Positions 40,289 to 50,828 are shown, counted from the first letter of the stretch. The stretch is DNA of 64,000 nt from an uncultured Spirochaetota bacterium (GCA_963745235.1 CAVUXE010000029.1:137507-201506), one strand, 5' to 3'. The notes: a model not told the origin generated them from the letters alone. Numbers and translations: made by a program.

Positions 40289-40688
40289 TGGAGACCGCGC
40301 AGCCAGTCTCATGCGCCAGGTAGCCTGCCAGGACGCTCAGGGGGAGAGCGTGCGTGCCGAAGGACATCCCGCCGATCTCCTTCGGATCGACCAGTCGGAT
40401 TGTCCCCGGTTCTTCTCCCATGTCCGCGGTGTCGACAATGATCAGGTGGGAAGGGGAAAGCTGCCTGATTTCCCCGGTGAGATTCTCCGGCGCCGTGCCG
40501 CCGGCAAGCGCGCGCACATCCGGGAAATGGAGAGACTCGATGCGCTCGGCGATAAGGACGCCTGCCGCATCATCCCCGCGGAGCTCCGCGCCGACGCCCA
40601 GAAGGACGACCCGTCGCTTCCGCCCCTGCCCGGGACGCCTTTCGCTAAGGGCTCTCGTCAGGGCAGGCGCCAGCTGCGGGTTCCGCAT
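40161..40688 (-). CDS. hycI: Hydrogenase maturation endopeptidase HycI
   Basis: LGVGAELRGDDAAG, GGTAPEN, IIVDTAD, THALPL, GIQP. Confidence 0.9.
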   Translation of the reverse strand: MRNPQLAPALTRALSERRPGQGRKRRVVLLGVGAELRGDDAAGVLIAERIESLHFPDVRALAGGTAPENLTGEIRQLSPSHLIIVDTADMGEEPGTIRLVDPKEIGGMSFGTHALPLSVLAGYLAHETGCAVSIMGIQPRSLEFDAGLTPEVAQAVEEAVQALSRCLAQAPEAGS

Positions 40689-41049
40689 GGAAGGTGACTT
40701 TCAGCGTTCCTCGGTCAGTCTGCGCGAGCTCGAAATCAGTCGAGATCTCGATCACCTTGCGGGGGCAGGTTTCGGCGCACTGCGCGCAGTACACGCATTT
40801 CCCCAGGTCTATGGAGGCCTCGAACTTGCGGTCCCCGACCTTCGTGATGGTGATTGCCTGCGACGGGCAGTCCCTGATGCAGAGGCGGCAGCCCGTGCAC
40901 TTGGAGGAATCAAACTTCGGCGCGCCGCGGAAATGGTCCGGCATCCTGAAGCTGGCGTACGGGTACTTGATGGTTGCGGGCTTCTTGAACAGGGAGCCGA
41001 GAACGGAAAAGATCATCCTCCCCGGCCGCCAGGGATGTTTATCGCTCAT
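40645..41049 (-). CDS. 2x[4Fe-4S] subunit (NuoI/HycF/EchF-like)
   Basis: KPATIKYP, CTGCRLCIRDCP, CVYCAQCAETCP. Confidence 0.9.
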   Translation of the reverse strand: MSDKHPWRPGRMIFSVLGSLFKKPATIKYPYASFRMPDHFRGAPKFDSSKCTGCRLCIRDCPSQAITITKVGDRKFEASIDLGKCVYCAQCAETCPRKVIEISTDFELAQTDRGTLKVTFHAEPAAGACPDESP

Positions 41050-41051
41050 GG

Positions 41052-41993
41052 CTATAACAGCTCCTTCACGACAAGGTCAACGAGGACCTGCAGGAATGCA
41101 ATGGGTGCGACGACCTTCCAGCAGAAATTGATCATCTGGTCCAGCCTCAGCCGCGCGAAAACCGTGCGCAGGAGAGCAAGAACGGCAAGGATTGCCAGGA
41201 TCTTCGCAAGGTACACGAGAAATGCGAGCCAGGGCGCCAGCCCGAAACCGAAGGGCAGAAAGACGGCCGCCACAAGGGACGCTGAAACGATGGCCTCGGT
41301 GTCGATGGCCAATCGGAAGAACGCGAGAAACCGGCCCGAGTATTCCGTGAACGTGCCGGCAACGATCTCCGTCTCCGCCTCGGGGATGTCGAAAGGAACC
41401 TTCTCCAGCTTCCCAAGGAGAGTGACCATGGCAACGGCAAGGCCGATGAGGTTGAACAGCCATCGCCCGGGATGCGACGTGTAGTACTGCACCATGCCGG
41501 AGATGGACCAGGTGTTGGCCAGCAGGGCGGGGGAGATCACCGCTATCAGGAGCGGGATCTCGTAGGCGAACAGCTGCGTGATTGACCGCACTGCCCCGAG
41601 GGTCGAGAAGATCGAACGAGAGTACCAGCCACCCAGGAAGAAGGTGAGCGTCGGAATGAGAAGCAGGTACAACACCACCAGAAGGTCCCCTTCGAATGCA
41701 AGCAGGGGTTTTGCGTTCCACAGGGGAATGTAGAAAGAAGATGCGATGACCGCCCCCAGGGCGAACACGGGGGCCAGGGTGAACATCCGCTTGTCCGCTT
41801 CCTCCGGGATCACGGATTCTTTTCCCAGCAGCTTGAAGAAATCCGCGACGGGCTGGAACCAGGGGGGGCCGACCCGGTTCTGCAGCCGGGCGTACAGCTT
41901 CCTGTCCACGAACTGCCCGGCCAGGCCCAGGATGATCAGAAAGAAAAACCCGGGGAAAATAAGCATCTGAAAGAGAGCCGCTGCAGCTGTCAT
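41052..41993 (-). CDS. Membrane anchor subunit (NuoH/HycD/EchB-like)
   Basis: RKLYARLQNRVGPP, ADFFKLLGKE, PFDIPEAETEIVAG..TEYSG. Confidence 0.92.
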   Translation of the reverse strand: MTAAAALFQMLIFPGFFFLIILGLAGQFVDRKLYARLQNRVGPPWFQPVADFFKLLGKESVIPEEADKRMFTLAPVFALGAVIASSFYIPLWNAKPLLAFEGDLLVVLYLLLIPTLTFFLGGWYSRSIFSTLGAVRSITQLFAYEIPLLIAVISPALLANTWSISGMVQYYTSHPGRWLFNLIGLAVAMVTLLGKLEKVPFDIPEAETEIVAGTFTEYSGRFLAFFRLAIDTEAIVSASLVAAVFLPFGFGLAPWLAFLVYLAKILAILAVLALLRTVFARLRLDQMINFCWKVVAPIAFLQVLVDLVVKELL

Positions 41994-43222
41994 GCCGCGG
42001 AACCTCCCCGAAGGGTGATCCGTGAAGGATCGATTCCTTTGCGCCGGTAGAAATCCACCCCGTAGCGCGAAAGCTCCTCCCAGCTCATGACCCGCCGAGG
42101 CCCGCTGCCGTGATCGTTGATGCCGATCATGCGGTCCGTGCAGGAGAAGCACGGGTCAATGGCGGCAATGACGATGGGAAGGTCAGCAAGGTAGCCGTCT
42201 TCCAGCATTTTTGCCACCGCCTGCGTGTTGGCCAGCGTCGGTGCCCTCACTTTTACGCGTTCGGGCTTCTCGGTTCCGTTCGCGCGCACGTAGTGAACGT
42301 CCTCTCCTCGCGGGGCCTCGTAGCGGCTCACGGCCTCCCCCTCGGGAATCCTTCGAGGCGCCTTTACGAGAATCGGTCCGTCCGGGATGTTCTTCACGAG
42401 CTGACGGATGATGGAATACGCCTCCATCAGCTCCCCAAGGCGGACCACTGTCCTGCCGTACACGTCGCAGTGGTTGTCCGTGACGACCTTGAATGACACG
42501 TCCCTGTACGCGCCATAGGGATCATCACGCCGGGTGTCGCGGTCCACCCCCGAAGCGCGCGCCGTGGGACCAACGGCTCCCAGGGCCAGCGCGTCTTCCT
42601 TCGACAGCTTCCCGACGTTGGCAAGCCGCTGACGCAGCGTCTCCTCTGTCTGGGCAAGCTCGATGTAGTACTTCGTGCGCTCCTCCAGGGAGTCGACGAC
42701 CTTGAGAATGCTGGGCAGCTGCTCCGAGGTGATGTCACGGCGCACCCCCCCCAGCGTGTTGAGACCGTAGTTGACGCGGTTTCCCGTGAGCTGGGCAAGG
42801 AGGATCATCACCAGTTCCCTGTCCCGCCACGTGTACATGAGGAGAGTGTCGAACCCTATCTCGTGACCGGCCACGCCGAGCCACAAGAGGTGGCTGTGGA
42901 CCCGCTCGAGCTCCGCGACGAGGGTCCTGATGTACAGCGCGCGCCGCGGGACTTCGAGCCCGGCAATCTCCTCCACCGCCTGCACGAAGGCCGTGGAGTG
43001 CGAGTACGAGCAGATCCCGCAGATGCGCTCCACCAGGTAGAGGTCCTGGGTGTACGAGCGCTGCTCGCATCCCTTCTCGATTCCGCGGTGGTTGTAGCCG
43101 AATCGCATGCGCACCGCGTCGATCTTCTCCCCGCGGAGGTCAATCATGAAGCTCTCCGGCTCCTTCAGGGCGGGGTGCTGGGGCCCGACCGGGATCTGGA
43201 CGATATGCTCGATGTCGCTCAT
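41990..43222 (-). CDS. Group 4 [NiFe]-hydrogenase large subunit
   Basis: GPQHPALKEP, L1 ERICGICS, YEAPRGE, L2 DPCFSCTDR followed by a C-terminal extension. Confidence 0.95.
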   Translation of the reverse strand: MSDIEHIVQIPVGPQHPALKEPESFMIDLRGEKIDAVRMRFGYNHRGIEKGCEQRSYTQDLYLVERICGICSYSHSTAFVQAVEEIAGLEVPRRALYIRTLVAELERVHSHLLWLGVAGHEIGFDTLLMYTWRDRELVMILLAQLTGNRVNYGLNTLGGVRRDITSEQLPSILKVVDSLEERTKYYIELAQTEETLRQRLANVGKLSKEDALALGAVGPTARASGVDRDTRRDDPYGAYRDVSFKVVTDNHCDVYGRTVVRLGELMEAYSIIRQLVKNIPDGPILVKAPRRIPEGEAVSRYEAPRGEDVHYVRANGTEKPERVKVRAPTLANTQAVAKMLEDGYLADLPIVIAAIDPCFSCTDRMIGINDHGSGPRRVMSWEELSRYGVDFYRRKGIDPSRITLRGGSAA

Positions 43223-43728
43223 GTCTTTGTTTCTCCCTGGGGTGCCGGTGCGGCAGCATCGGGTGCGGCCGCTGCCGCCGGAGCACCAGCCGGCTTCCAG
43301 TCTTTCAGAAGGGGATGCTGGTCCGTGGGCCATTCGTCGGGCAGCGGGTAGCGGGGCCCCGGCGGCAGGCCTTCCACGCGCGCCCCGAGAAGATCTTCCA
43401 GCTCCCGCTCGTAGATCGAGGCTCCCGTGAAGAATGGCGTTACCGTCCTGATGGACCGGCCCTTGGGGCAGCGGGTCTTCAGGTTCACCATGACCCCGCC
43501 GTCCTTGGCGAGATGATATATGAACTCCAGGTCCGCGCCCACGTCCAGACCCGTGATCGTGCAAAGAGTGGAGAATCCCATGGTCTTCACGAGGTGCTCG
43601 AAGACCTGGGGGAAGCTCTCCTGCGGCACGTCGACCCACACCCGCCTCTCCCGCTGGATTCTCACGGACGCGGCCAACTGGGGGAACGTCGCCTCCAGAC
43701 CCGCTTTTACCGCCTCGGTTTCACTCAT
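43219..43728 (-). CDS. NuoC-like subunit (EchD/MbhK)
   Basis: LCTITGLD, YERELEDLLG, DEWP..HPLLKDW. Confidence 0.9.
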   Translation of the reverse strand: MSETEAVKAGLEATFPQLAASVRIQRERRVWVDVPQESFPQVFEHLVKTMGFSTLCTITGLDVGADLEFIYHLAKDGGVMVNLKTRCPKGRSIRTVTPFFTGASIYERELEDLLGARVEGLPPGPRYPLPDEWPTDQHPLLKDWKPAGAPAAAAAPDAAAPAPQGETKT

Positions 43729-44162
43729 TTCTGCTCCTCGAGCTTCTTGATCAGCTTGACGAACCCGTCGATGATGGCCTGCGGGCTTGCCGGGCAGCCG
43801 GGGATGTAGGCCGTGACGGGAATGGCCTTGTCAATCCCGCCCTCGACGTTGTACAAGCCCTCGAACACGCCCCCGCTGGTCGCGCAGCTTCCCACCGCCA
43901 CCACGATCTTCGGCTCCGGAACCTGCTCGTAGATTCGAATCAGCCGGGAGCGGATCTGCTTGGTGACCGGGCCCGAGCACGCCATGATGTCGCAGTGACG
44001 CGGGGTGCCCTTGAGCTGGACACCGAGGCGCTCCAGGTCGAAACGCGGCGTCAGCGCTGCGATGATCTCTATATCGCATGCGTTGCATGCCCCCGTGTTG
44101 AAGTGAAGGATCCAGGGAGACTTGCGCTGCGCCCAGCGCACGATTCTATGGAAAACGCTCAT
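43725..44162 (-). CDS. Hydrogenase small subunit (NuoB/EchC/MbhJ-like)
   Basis: GACNACDIE, TPRHCD, VGSCATSGG, IPGCPASP. Confidence 0.93.
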   Translation of the reverse strand: MSVFHRIVRWAQRKSPWILHFNTGACNACDIEIIAALTPRFDLERLGVQLKGTPRHCDIMACSGPVTKQIRSRLIRIYEQVPEPKIVVAVGSCATSGGVFEGLYNVEGGIDKAIPVTAYIPGCPASPQAIIDGFVKLIKKLEEQK

Positions 44163-44168
44163 AGGGCG

Positions 44169-44501
44169 CTACCTCCGAAACAGCATGAACAACCCGAGCA
44201 AGGCGCCCAGGACGTAGATTGCCGCAATGGACAGGCTCTCCAGCGTCCGGGCCGGCGATGTGGCTACGATCAGCGTAACCACGTGCATGATTGTAAAAAA
44301 GAATGCAAACGGGAAGAACTGGCCGTAGTCGGGCTGGAACCTGTGCTTCTGCACATCCTCTCCGCCGGCGTACGGCTTGTCAAGCGCCCCTCGCGGGCCC
44401 TTGCGCTTCAGGGACAGCGTGCCCGAGGCCGTGGAGAGCGCCCACACGACGATGAGGATGATGGTGAAGGCAACCGGGGGGACGAGGAGCAGGATTGACA
44501 T
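44169..44501 (-). CDS. NuoA-like membrane subunit
   Basis: Three TM helices, KPYAGGE loop, FAFFFTIMHV. Confidence 0.7.
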   Translation of the reverse strand: MSILLLVPPVAFTIILIVVWALSTASGTLSLKRKGPRGALDKPYAGGEDVQKHRFQPDYGQFFPFAFFFTIMHVVTLIVATSPARTLESLSIAAIYVLGALLGLFMLFRR

Positions 44502-44505
44502 CTCG

Positions 44506-44826
44506 CTACCCCTTGAGGTTCCGGGTGTTGCGCACGTTCATGGAGTCGTGCGCCCGGAAGAAGCCCAGGATGATCCCGGCGGCAACCACCACCACCACCA
44601 CCTCGATCACGATCACGGTTATCACCATGGCCTGCGCCAGGGCCAGGCGGTGGCCCAGGTACCCGGCCACGATCAGGAAGAAGGTCACGGACTTCATCAG
44701 GATCTCCAGGCCGATCAGCATCCGCAGGAGGTTGTACGTCGCCAGCATGCACCACGCGCCGTCCACCAGGAGCAGGACGAAGAAGGCGAAGTACAGCCAG
44801 AAAGACTGGGGGATGTCAATTGTCAT
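44506..44826 (-). CDS. NuoK/MnhC-like subunit
   Basis: NLLRMLIGLEIL, ITVIVIEVVV. Confidence 0.8.
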   Translation of the reverse strand: MTIDIPQSFWLYFAFFVLLLVDGAWCMLATYNLLRMLIGLEILMKSVTFFLIVAGYLGHRLALAQAMVITVIVIEVVVVVVAAGIILGFFRAHDSMNVRNTRNLKG

Positions 44827-45310
44827 CTTTGCTTTCCCTCTTGAATAATACCAGAACGCCGATGACGCCGGCGAGGAGGATGAGGATCTGGCCGAACAGG
44901 TCCAGCTGGCGCAGGTTCCACAGAACGACGCGGACGTCTCCTTCGGCGCCCGGCACCGGGAGGGCAACCTGCACGGGCGAGTGGACGAACGAAAGCGCCA
45001 CGCCCGCCGCAACGAGGACCAGGGGCAGGGGCCAGAACCGGGTGAGCCGGCTTGCGCGCCGCACCACGTAGTCCTTGAAGGGCTTCCTCTGCGTGAGGCT
45101 GATGACGCTGACGAAGACCACGGAGATCAGCCCCGCGCACACGGAAAGCTCCAGCACGGCGGCAATGGTCGCCCCGAGGGTATACATGACCACCGCCAGC
45201 ATTGCGCTTGCCAGCGCAAGGGCAATGGTGGCGCGCAGAAGAAGCGTCGTCATGGATGCCCAGAGCCCCGCGAGCACCAGGAGAACGAGAAGGATCGTCA
45301 TGAGGGTCAT
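44816..45310 (-). CDS. NuoJ/MnhB-like subunit
   Basis: AAVLELSVCAGLI, LWNLRQLDLFGQ. Confidence 0.75.
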   Translation of the reverse strand: MTLMTILLVLLVLAGLWASMTTLLLRATIALALASAMLAVVMYTLGATIAAVLELSVCAGLISVVFVSVISLTQRKPFKDYVVRRASRLTRFWPLPLVLVAAGVALSFVHSPVQVALPVPGAEGDVRVVLWNLRQLDLFGQILILLAGVIGVLVLFKRESKDDN

Positions 45311-46720
45311 TGGCCGCCTCCGAGCAGCATCGACAGAACGAAGGGGAACCCGAGCCCGATGGCCACGGTGATCAGGGAGAGCGCCAGCGCGGGCACCAGG
45401 AGCCTGCCGCCTGCCTCTTTCACGGAAGCCCATTCGGGAAGCGGCGTGCCGAAGAACACGCGCCGCTGCAGGGAGAGGAAGTAGCCCAGGGTGACGAGGC
45501 TCGTGAGGACGGCGATGGCTGCAAACGTGTACTGCCCGACCTGCCAGAGCGCAATCACGATGAGCAGCTTGCTCCAGAACCCGGCCAGCGGCGGCAGCCC
45601 CGCGATGGAAAGGGAGGCGACGGCGGATGTCCCGGCGGTGACAGGCATGCGGGATCCCAGGCCGCCCATGCGGTCCATGGAAACGGTCCCGAGCTGCTCC
45701 TCAATGGCCTCGGCGTTCGCGAAGAGCTGGCTCTTCGAGACCGCGTGGTTGAAGAAGTGCAGCGCCGCGGCCACGATCCCCAGCTGCGGGGAACCCCCCA
45801 GGGCCAGGACGATGTAGCCGATCTGGCTCACGCTGGAATACGCCAGCATGCGTTTCATGTCGGACTGCGTGAGCGCAAGGAATGCGCCGACAACGAGGGT
45901 GACCGCCCCCACCACCAGGAAGATCCACCGGGCCGGGCAGCGCATCAGCGAAGACTGACTGGGCCAGCCGCATGAGCGCGAATACTCCCGAGGCCTTTGT
46001 CACGATCCCCGCCATGAAGATCGAGGCGGGGGCGGGGGCCGCGCTGTAGGCGTCCGCCAGCCATCCGTGGAACGGCACGAGGCCGCCCTTGATGAAGAGG
46101 CCGCACAGGAAAAGGGCCGCCGCAATCCACGGTATGGGCCCGGGAGAAGCCAGGGCATGCGTGACGGCGGCGAGGGATACCCCTCCTTCGACCAGGATGT
46201 ACAGGGCGATGGAGGAAAGCATGAGGACGCTTGCGACCGCGGAAAGGACCACGTACTTCCATGCCCCCTCGAATGCGTCCGTGCCATGGCGGATCGCAAC
46301 GAGGATGAAGGTCGCAACCGCGGTCACCTCGATGAACACGTACAGGGAGAAAAGGTCCCGCACCATGGAGATCCCGTTGATGCCGATCAGGGCCACCAGG
46401 ACGAGGTTGGCGAAGAGGAACCTCTCGCGTCCCGTCTTCAGACCAGGACCCGCCGCCATGAGGGACGCCATTCCGGCAAGACCCGCGCTCAGGAGAAGCA
46501 GGATGCTGAGGTTGTCCATGGATACGCGCAGGCCGATGGCCGCATCGACCGGATCCAGCGCGGACCAGTCCGTCAGCCCGAGGGGCTGGAGAACAACGGC
46601 AACTGTCTGCAGGGCAAGCACGCCGAATGCAATCCAGGTTGCCGCGGGACGCGCCGACCGGGGGAGGAGGTTTGCCAGGATGAGGGCGGCGAATGGCACA
46701 AGAAGGAGAAGGTGACTCAT
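45307..46720 (-). CDS. Antiporter-like subunit (MrpD/NuoN type), frameshift near 45940
   Basis: LYVFIEV, IKGGLVPFHGWLADAY, KRMLAYSSVSQIGY, NHAVSK, GLPPLAGFWSK. Confidence 0.88.
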
Positions 46721-48570
46721 TTTCCACCCCCAAGGACTGCAAGAACCGCCAGGACCACCGCCACCGCCCCCGCGAGGGACCACAGCACGTACCTGTTGAC
46801 GTTGCCGTTGTGGAAGAACCGGCTGATGCGGGATATTCCCAGGGCGGAGCCCACGGCAACGGTCTCATACATCCAGTCAAAAGCCCTGTCGATCCCCCAG
46901 AGCGCGACGGCACCGCCTTTGACGACCCAGCGGCCGATTGTGTAGGGGTCGATCTGCCCTTTCTCAGCTGCCGAGTAGATCGAAGCGAGCACCGGCGCGT
47001 GGTGGATGTGGTCAGCCGCGCCCAGGCCCCGGCCGGTCCTGCGCACGCCGAAAATGTGGTTCAGAACGGCAAGCGCGAGGGCAAGGAGCGTCATCCCCAC
47101 CAGCAGGGCACTGGCGGGGAAGCCGGCAAAGCTTGCGCCGCCGGTGACTTTTTCTCCGACAGCGGGCTGCACCAGCGAGCCAAGGGGCAGCTGGTTGGCG
47201 ACGCCGAAGAGCACGCACAGCGCCGCCAGCACGATCATGGGAACGAGCATGGGCCACGGCGCCTCTTTCACGTTCTTCGTCTGCTCGGTGGGCTTGCCGA
47301 AGAATGCGGCGTGTCCCAGCTTGAGGAACGAGGCCGCCGTGAGGACGGAGCCGAGCAGGGCCGCTGCGTAGAAGATCCAGCCGCGCTCCAGGGCCCCGTC
47401 GTAGACGAGCTCCTTGGAGAAGAACCCGTTGAAGGGAGGGACACCGGAAATCGAGGCGGCCGCCACGATGAAGCTGATTGCGGTCACGGGCATGCGCCGC
47501 GCAAGGCCGCCGAGCTTTTCCAGGTCCGTGGTCCCCGCCTGTTTTTCAACCGCTCCTCCCGTGAGGAAGAGGCAGGATTTATACATGGCATGGTTTACCA
47601 TGTGGAAAAGGCCGCCCACGATGCCCGCCGGTACCGCCGTCCCGATGCCGAGCACCATGTAGCCGACCTGGCTGATGGCGTGGTAGGAGAGGAGGCGTTT
47701 GTAGTCCTTCTGGACCAGCGCCATCATGACCGCAAACAGGATGGTGACCGCGCCGATGATCATGAGCACCGTGCTGACCCAGGTCCCCGGGGCCAGCTCG
47801 AAGAGATCCAGGGAGATGCGCGCAAGGAGGTAGATCCCCAGCAGCTTGTCGATGCTCGCCGGCAGGATTGCCATGAAGGGGAGGGGCGCGTCTATTGCCG
47901 CGTCCGGGATCCAGCTGTGAAACGGCATTGCCCCGGCCTTGCCGATGGCGCCCGCCATGAGAAGGAGGAAGGCTGCTCCGCCCAGGCCGTCCAGGGGAAG
48001 CCGTATGGCGGACATCGTGAGTGTGCCTGCCAGCCGGCCCGTGATCATGACGCCGAACATCAAGGCGAGGTCGGAAACCCCCAGGATGATGAATGCCTTG
48101 ATGGCGGTGGCGTACGGCCTGCTGCGGCCGGCGGCGATCATGGCGAACTGGGTCAGCAGGAGTCCCTCGCCGAAGAACAGCAGAAGGACCAGGTTGTTCG
48201 CCAGCACCATCCCGCTCGCCATGGCCAGCGTGAAGAGCACCCAGGCGTGAAACTGGCGGGCGCGGGGCGCGTTCATCATGAAGGCAACTGAATAGAGGGA
48301 AATGAGGATTCCGAAGCCGGCCGTGGCCAGAAGGATGAAAGCGCTCATCCGGGAGAGCACCAGCGAGATTTCCACCCCGTAGCCCAGCCACGGCAGCGTG
48401 AGCGCCATGTCGTTCGGGAAGAGAAGGATGGCCACCATCAGCTCCGCGGCGCTGGCTGCCACCGCGATCAAGCCGGGCAGGACGGCGCGTTCGCGTGAGG
48501 GCAGAATGAGCGCCAGGAGACCGGCAGCCGCGGGGACGAGGATGGGCAGGATCAAGAGGTTCGGATTCAT
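46717..48570 (-). CDS. Antiporter-like subunit (NuoL/MrpA/HyfB type)
   Basis: GKAGAMPFHSWIPDA, KRLLSYHAISQVGY, NHAMYKSCLFL, GVPPFNGFFSKE, NuoL-like C-terminal tail. Confidence 0.9.
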   Translation of the reverse strand: MNPNLLILPILVPAAAGLLALILPSRERAVLPGLIAVAASAAELMVAILLFPNDMALTLPWLGYGVEISLVLSRMSAFILLATAGFGILISLYSVAFMMNAPRARQFHAWVLFTLAMASGMVLANNLVLLLFFGEGLLLTQFAMIAAGRSRPYATAIKAFIILGVSDLALMFGVMITGRLAGTLTMSAIRLPLDGLGGAAFLLLMAGAIGKAGAMPFHSWIPDAAIDAPLPFMAILPASIDKLLGIYLLARISLDLFELAPGTWVSTVLMIIGAVTILFAVMMALVQKDYKRLLSYHAISQVGYMVLGIGTAVPAGIVGGLFHMVNHAMYKSCLFLTGGAVEKQAGTTDLEKLGGLARRMPVTAISFIVAAASISGVPPFNGFFSKELVYDGALERGWIFYAAALLGSVLTAASFLKLGHAAFFGKPTEQTKNVKEAPWPMLVPMIVLAALCVLFGVANQLPLGSLVQPAVGEKVTGGASFAGFPASALLVGMTLLALALAVLNHIFGVRRTGRGLGAADHIHHAPVLASIYSAAEKGQIDPYTIGRWVVKGGAVALWGIDRAFDWMYETVAVGSALGISRISRFFHNGNVNRYVLWSLAGAVAVVLAVLAVLGGGK

Positions 48571-50000
48571 CTGGCCACCCCCGGCATCTGGCTGATCGCT
48601 GTCTGGGCAAGCTGCGCCGGCCACCCCACCAGGAAGCCGGCGGCAAGGGACAGAACGGCAAGGGCGACCACGCAGGCCACCATCAGGGAGGAGCCTTCCG
48701 CGGCCAGCTTCCCCCTGGTCTCGCCAAGGAACACGCGGCTGAACAGGCGGAAAAGGTACAGGATCGTGAGCACCGCCCCGACCATGAACACCGAGCTGGT
48801 GGCAATATGCCCGGCGCCGACGGCGGCGGAAACCACCATGTATTTGCCGAAGAAGCCGCCCAGGGGCGGGACCCCCATGACGGAGAATGCGCACAGGAGG
48901 AACGCCACGGCGGTGACGGGCATCGTGCGGAAAAGCCCGCCCAGCTTCGTGATGTCCTTGGTGCCCGCGTTCTGCTCGACGATCCCCGCTGACAGGAAAA
49001 GGCCGGCCTTGGCGAGGCCGTGCATGAGGATGTACAGGAGCGCCCCCAGCGCGCCAAGCGCGCTCCCCGTGGCCAGGCCCAGGAAAATGAAGCCGATCTG
49101 GCTCACCGTTGAGTAGGCGACGATCCTCTTGAAGTCGGTGTCCACCAGCGCCGCCCCCGCGCTCACCAGGGCGCTGGCCGCCGCGATGATTGCGACCGCG
49201 GTGCGCATGGACTCATCCAGGGCGAACGTTGCAAGGAACAGGCGCGCAAACACGTACACGCCGATCTTGACCAGGACCGCGGCGTGCAGCAGCGCCGTCA
49301 CGGGGGATGGGGCGACGCCCGCGTCAGGAAGCCACGTATGGAAGGGGAGCGTGGCGGACTTGGAGAGCATTCCCACCAGGAGGAGCGCCGAAATGGCCCA
49401 GGGAAGGGCCCTGCCTTTCAGCTGGTCCAGGTCGAAGGTGCCCGTGAGGCCGTTGACGGCAAGGATTCCCAGCAGCATGACCAGCGCGCCGAACGCGGTG
49501 ACCAGGAATGCCTTGTCCGCGCGCAGGACATCGGTCTTGCTGCGGTAGAAGCCGATGAGCCGCCAGCTCGCGATGCCGGTGATCTCCCAGAAGACGTAGA
49601 GGAAGATGAGGTTCGCGGAGAAGATCAGCCCCATCATGGCGCCCAGGAAGAGCACGGCCATGAGGTAGTACTCGTCCTGGTTCTGGTAATGGCTGATGTA
49701 GTCCCAGGAGAAGAGGATGATGATGGCGCCCACCAGGGAAGAAACGAGGGCCATGAACACGGCAAGCGCGTCCGCCTCCAGGTGGAAGGACAGGCCCAGC
49801 GGTCCGTTCAGGAGGAAGGACGCCGTCTGGCCTGCCAGGGCCCCCGGCACCAGCGCAATGGACGCCGCCAGGGACACCAGCACGAACACCAGGGCAAGCA
49901 GGTTTCGCAGGCGCACGGATGCGAGGCCTGCAAGAGGCAGGAGGAACGCCCCGGCGAGCGGCACGATGACAGCGATGAGAGCCCAGAGTCCACTCTGCAT
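48567..50000 (-). CDS. Antiporter-like subunit (MrpD/NuoM/L type)
   Basis: YVFWEITG, KSATLPFHTWLPDA..APSPVTALLHAA, AYSTVSQIG, HGLAKAGLFL. Confidence 0.9.
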   Translation of the reverse strand: MQSGLWALIAVIVPLAGAFLLPLAGLASVRLRNLLALVFVLVSLAASIALVPGALAGQTASFLLNGPLGLSFHLEADALAVFMALVSSLVGAIIILFSWDYISHYQNQDEYYLMAVLFLGAMMGLIFSANLIFLYVFWEITGIASWRLIGFYRSKTDVLRADKAFLVTAFGALVMLLGILAVNGLTGTFDLDQLKGRALPWAISALLLVGMLSKSATLPFHTWLPDAGVAPSPVTALLHAAVLVKIGVYVFARLFLATFALDESMRTAVAIIAAASALVSAGAALVDTDFKRIVAYSTVSQIGFIFLGLATGSALGALGALLYILMHGLAKAGLFLSAGIVEQNAGTKDITKLGGLFRTMPVTAVAFLLCAFSVMGVPPLGGFFGKYMVVSAAVGAGHIATSSVFMVGAVLTILYLFRLFSRVFLGETRGKLAAEGSSLMVACVVALAVLSLAAGFLVGWPAQLAQTAISQMPGVAR

Positions 50001-50052
50001 ATATACTCCCAGGATTTACGAGTGTCTTTTTTTCTTCGAAACGGGGGGCCTG

Positions 50053-50793
50053 CTACTGCTGCTCGACAATGTCGATGTCGACCCGCCGGTTGTACGACCT
50101 GCCTTCCGGCGTATCGTTGGACTGCACGGGTCGGGTGTCCCCGTACGCCGATTCGGAAAGCCGGTCTGACTGCACGCCGTAGTCCTCCAGGGCCTGGAGC
50201 ACAGAGATGGCGCGCTCACCGGAGAGCTGCCAGTTCGAGACCCACTTTTTGGGATCAGGCGGAACATTATCCGTATGTCCTTCCACGATCACGGAGTTCG
50301 GAATCCTCGAAAGGAAGTCGCTCACTTCCTGGAGCACCGGCATCGCATCCGCCCCGAGATCTGCTGACCCGGAGCCGAAGTACAGGTCCGACGTGAGCGA
50401 TATTGCGAACCCGCGGTCTGTTGGGATCACGCGCACTCTACCTGATTTCACGAGGTTCTGCAAGGAGGAAAGCGCCTGTGTGTGAAGGGTGGATTGCCCC
50501 CCCGTTCCCTGTTTTTTCCCCGCGCCCCGGGACTCCACCTTCTGGCCCGATGTGACGCCCGGCAGGACGCCAGCTCCCCCGGTGGTGTTCTGGTCGAAGA
50601 TCGTGAACTCCCCGCCGTTGAACACACTGGCCAGGGCCTGCGCAAGCTGCGTGTATTTAGCGGTGTCGACGTTGCTCATCGCGTACAGAATGATGAAGAA
50701 AAGCATCAGGAGCGTGATCATGTCCGCATAGGTGAGAAGCCACCTATTCAGGTCTTCCTTGTGCTCCCTCTGGCGCCGTATCCTCCTGGCCAT
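50053..50793 (-). CDS. motB: Flagellar stator protein MotB
   Basis: WLLTYADMITLLM TM with the conserved Asp; OmpA-like EGHTDN, NWQLSGERA, NRRVDI. Confidence 0.92.
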   Translation of the reverse strand: MARRIRRQREHKEDLNRWLLTYADMITLLMLFFIILYAMSNVDTAKYTQLAQALASVFNGGEFTIFDQNTTGGAGVLPGVTSGQKVESRGAGKKQGTGGQSTLHTQALSSLQNLVKSGRVRVIPTDRGFAISLTSDLYFGSGSADLGADAMPVLQEVSDFLSRIPNSVIVEGHTDNVPPDPKKWVSNWQLSGERAISVLQALEDYGVQSDRLSESAYGDTRPVQSNDTPEGRSYNRRVDIDIVEQQ

Positions 50794-50828
50794 CTGTCAA
50801 TCCCTTCCACTGCCACTCAGCCGCGCGC

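Noticed and set aside
40161-50000. NADH dehydrogenase (nuo) or Ehr/Mbx annotation
   Set aside because: Large subunit retains all four Ni-binding Cys, a maturation protease is present, and there is no nuoEFG
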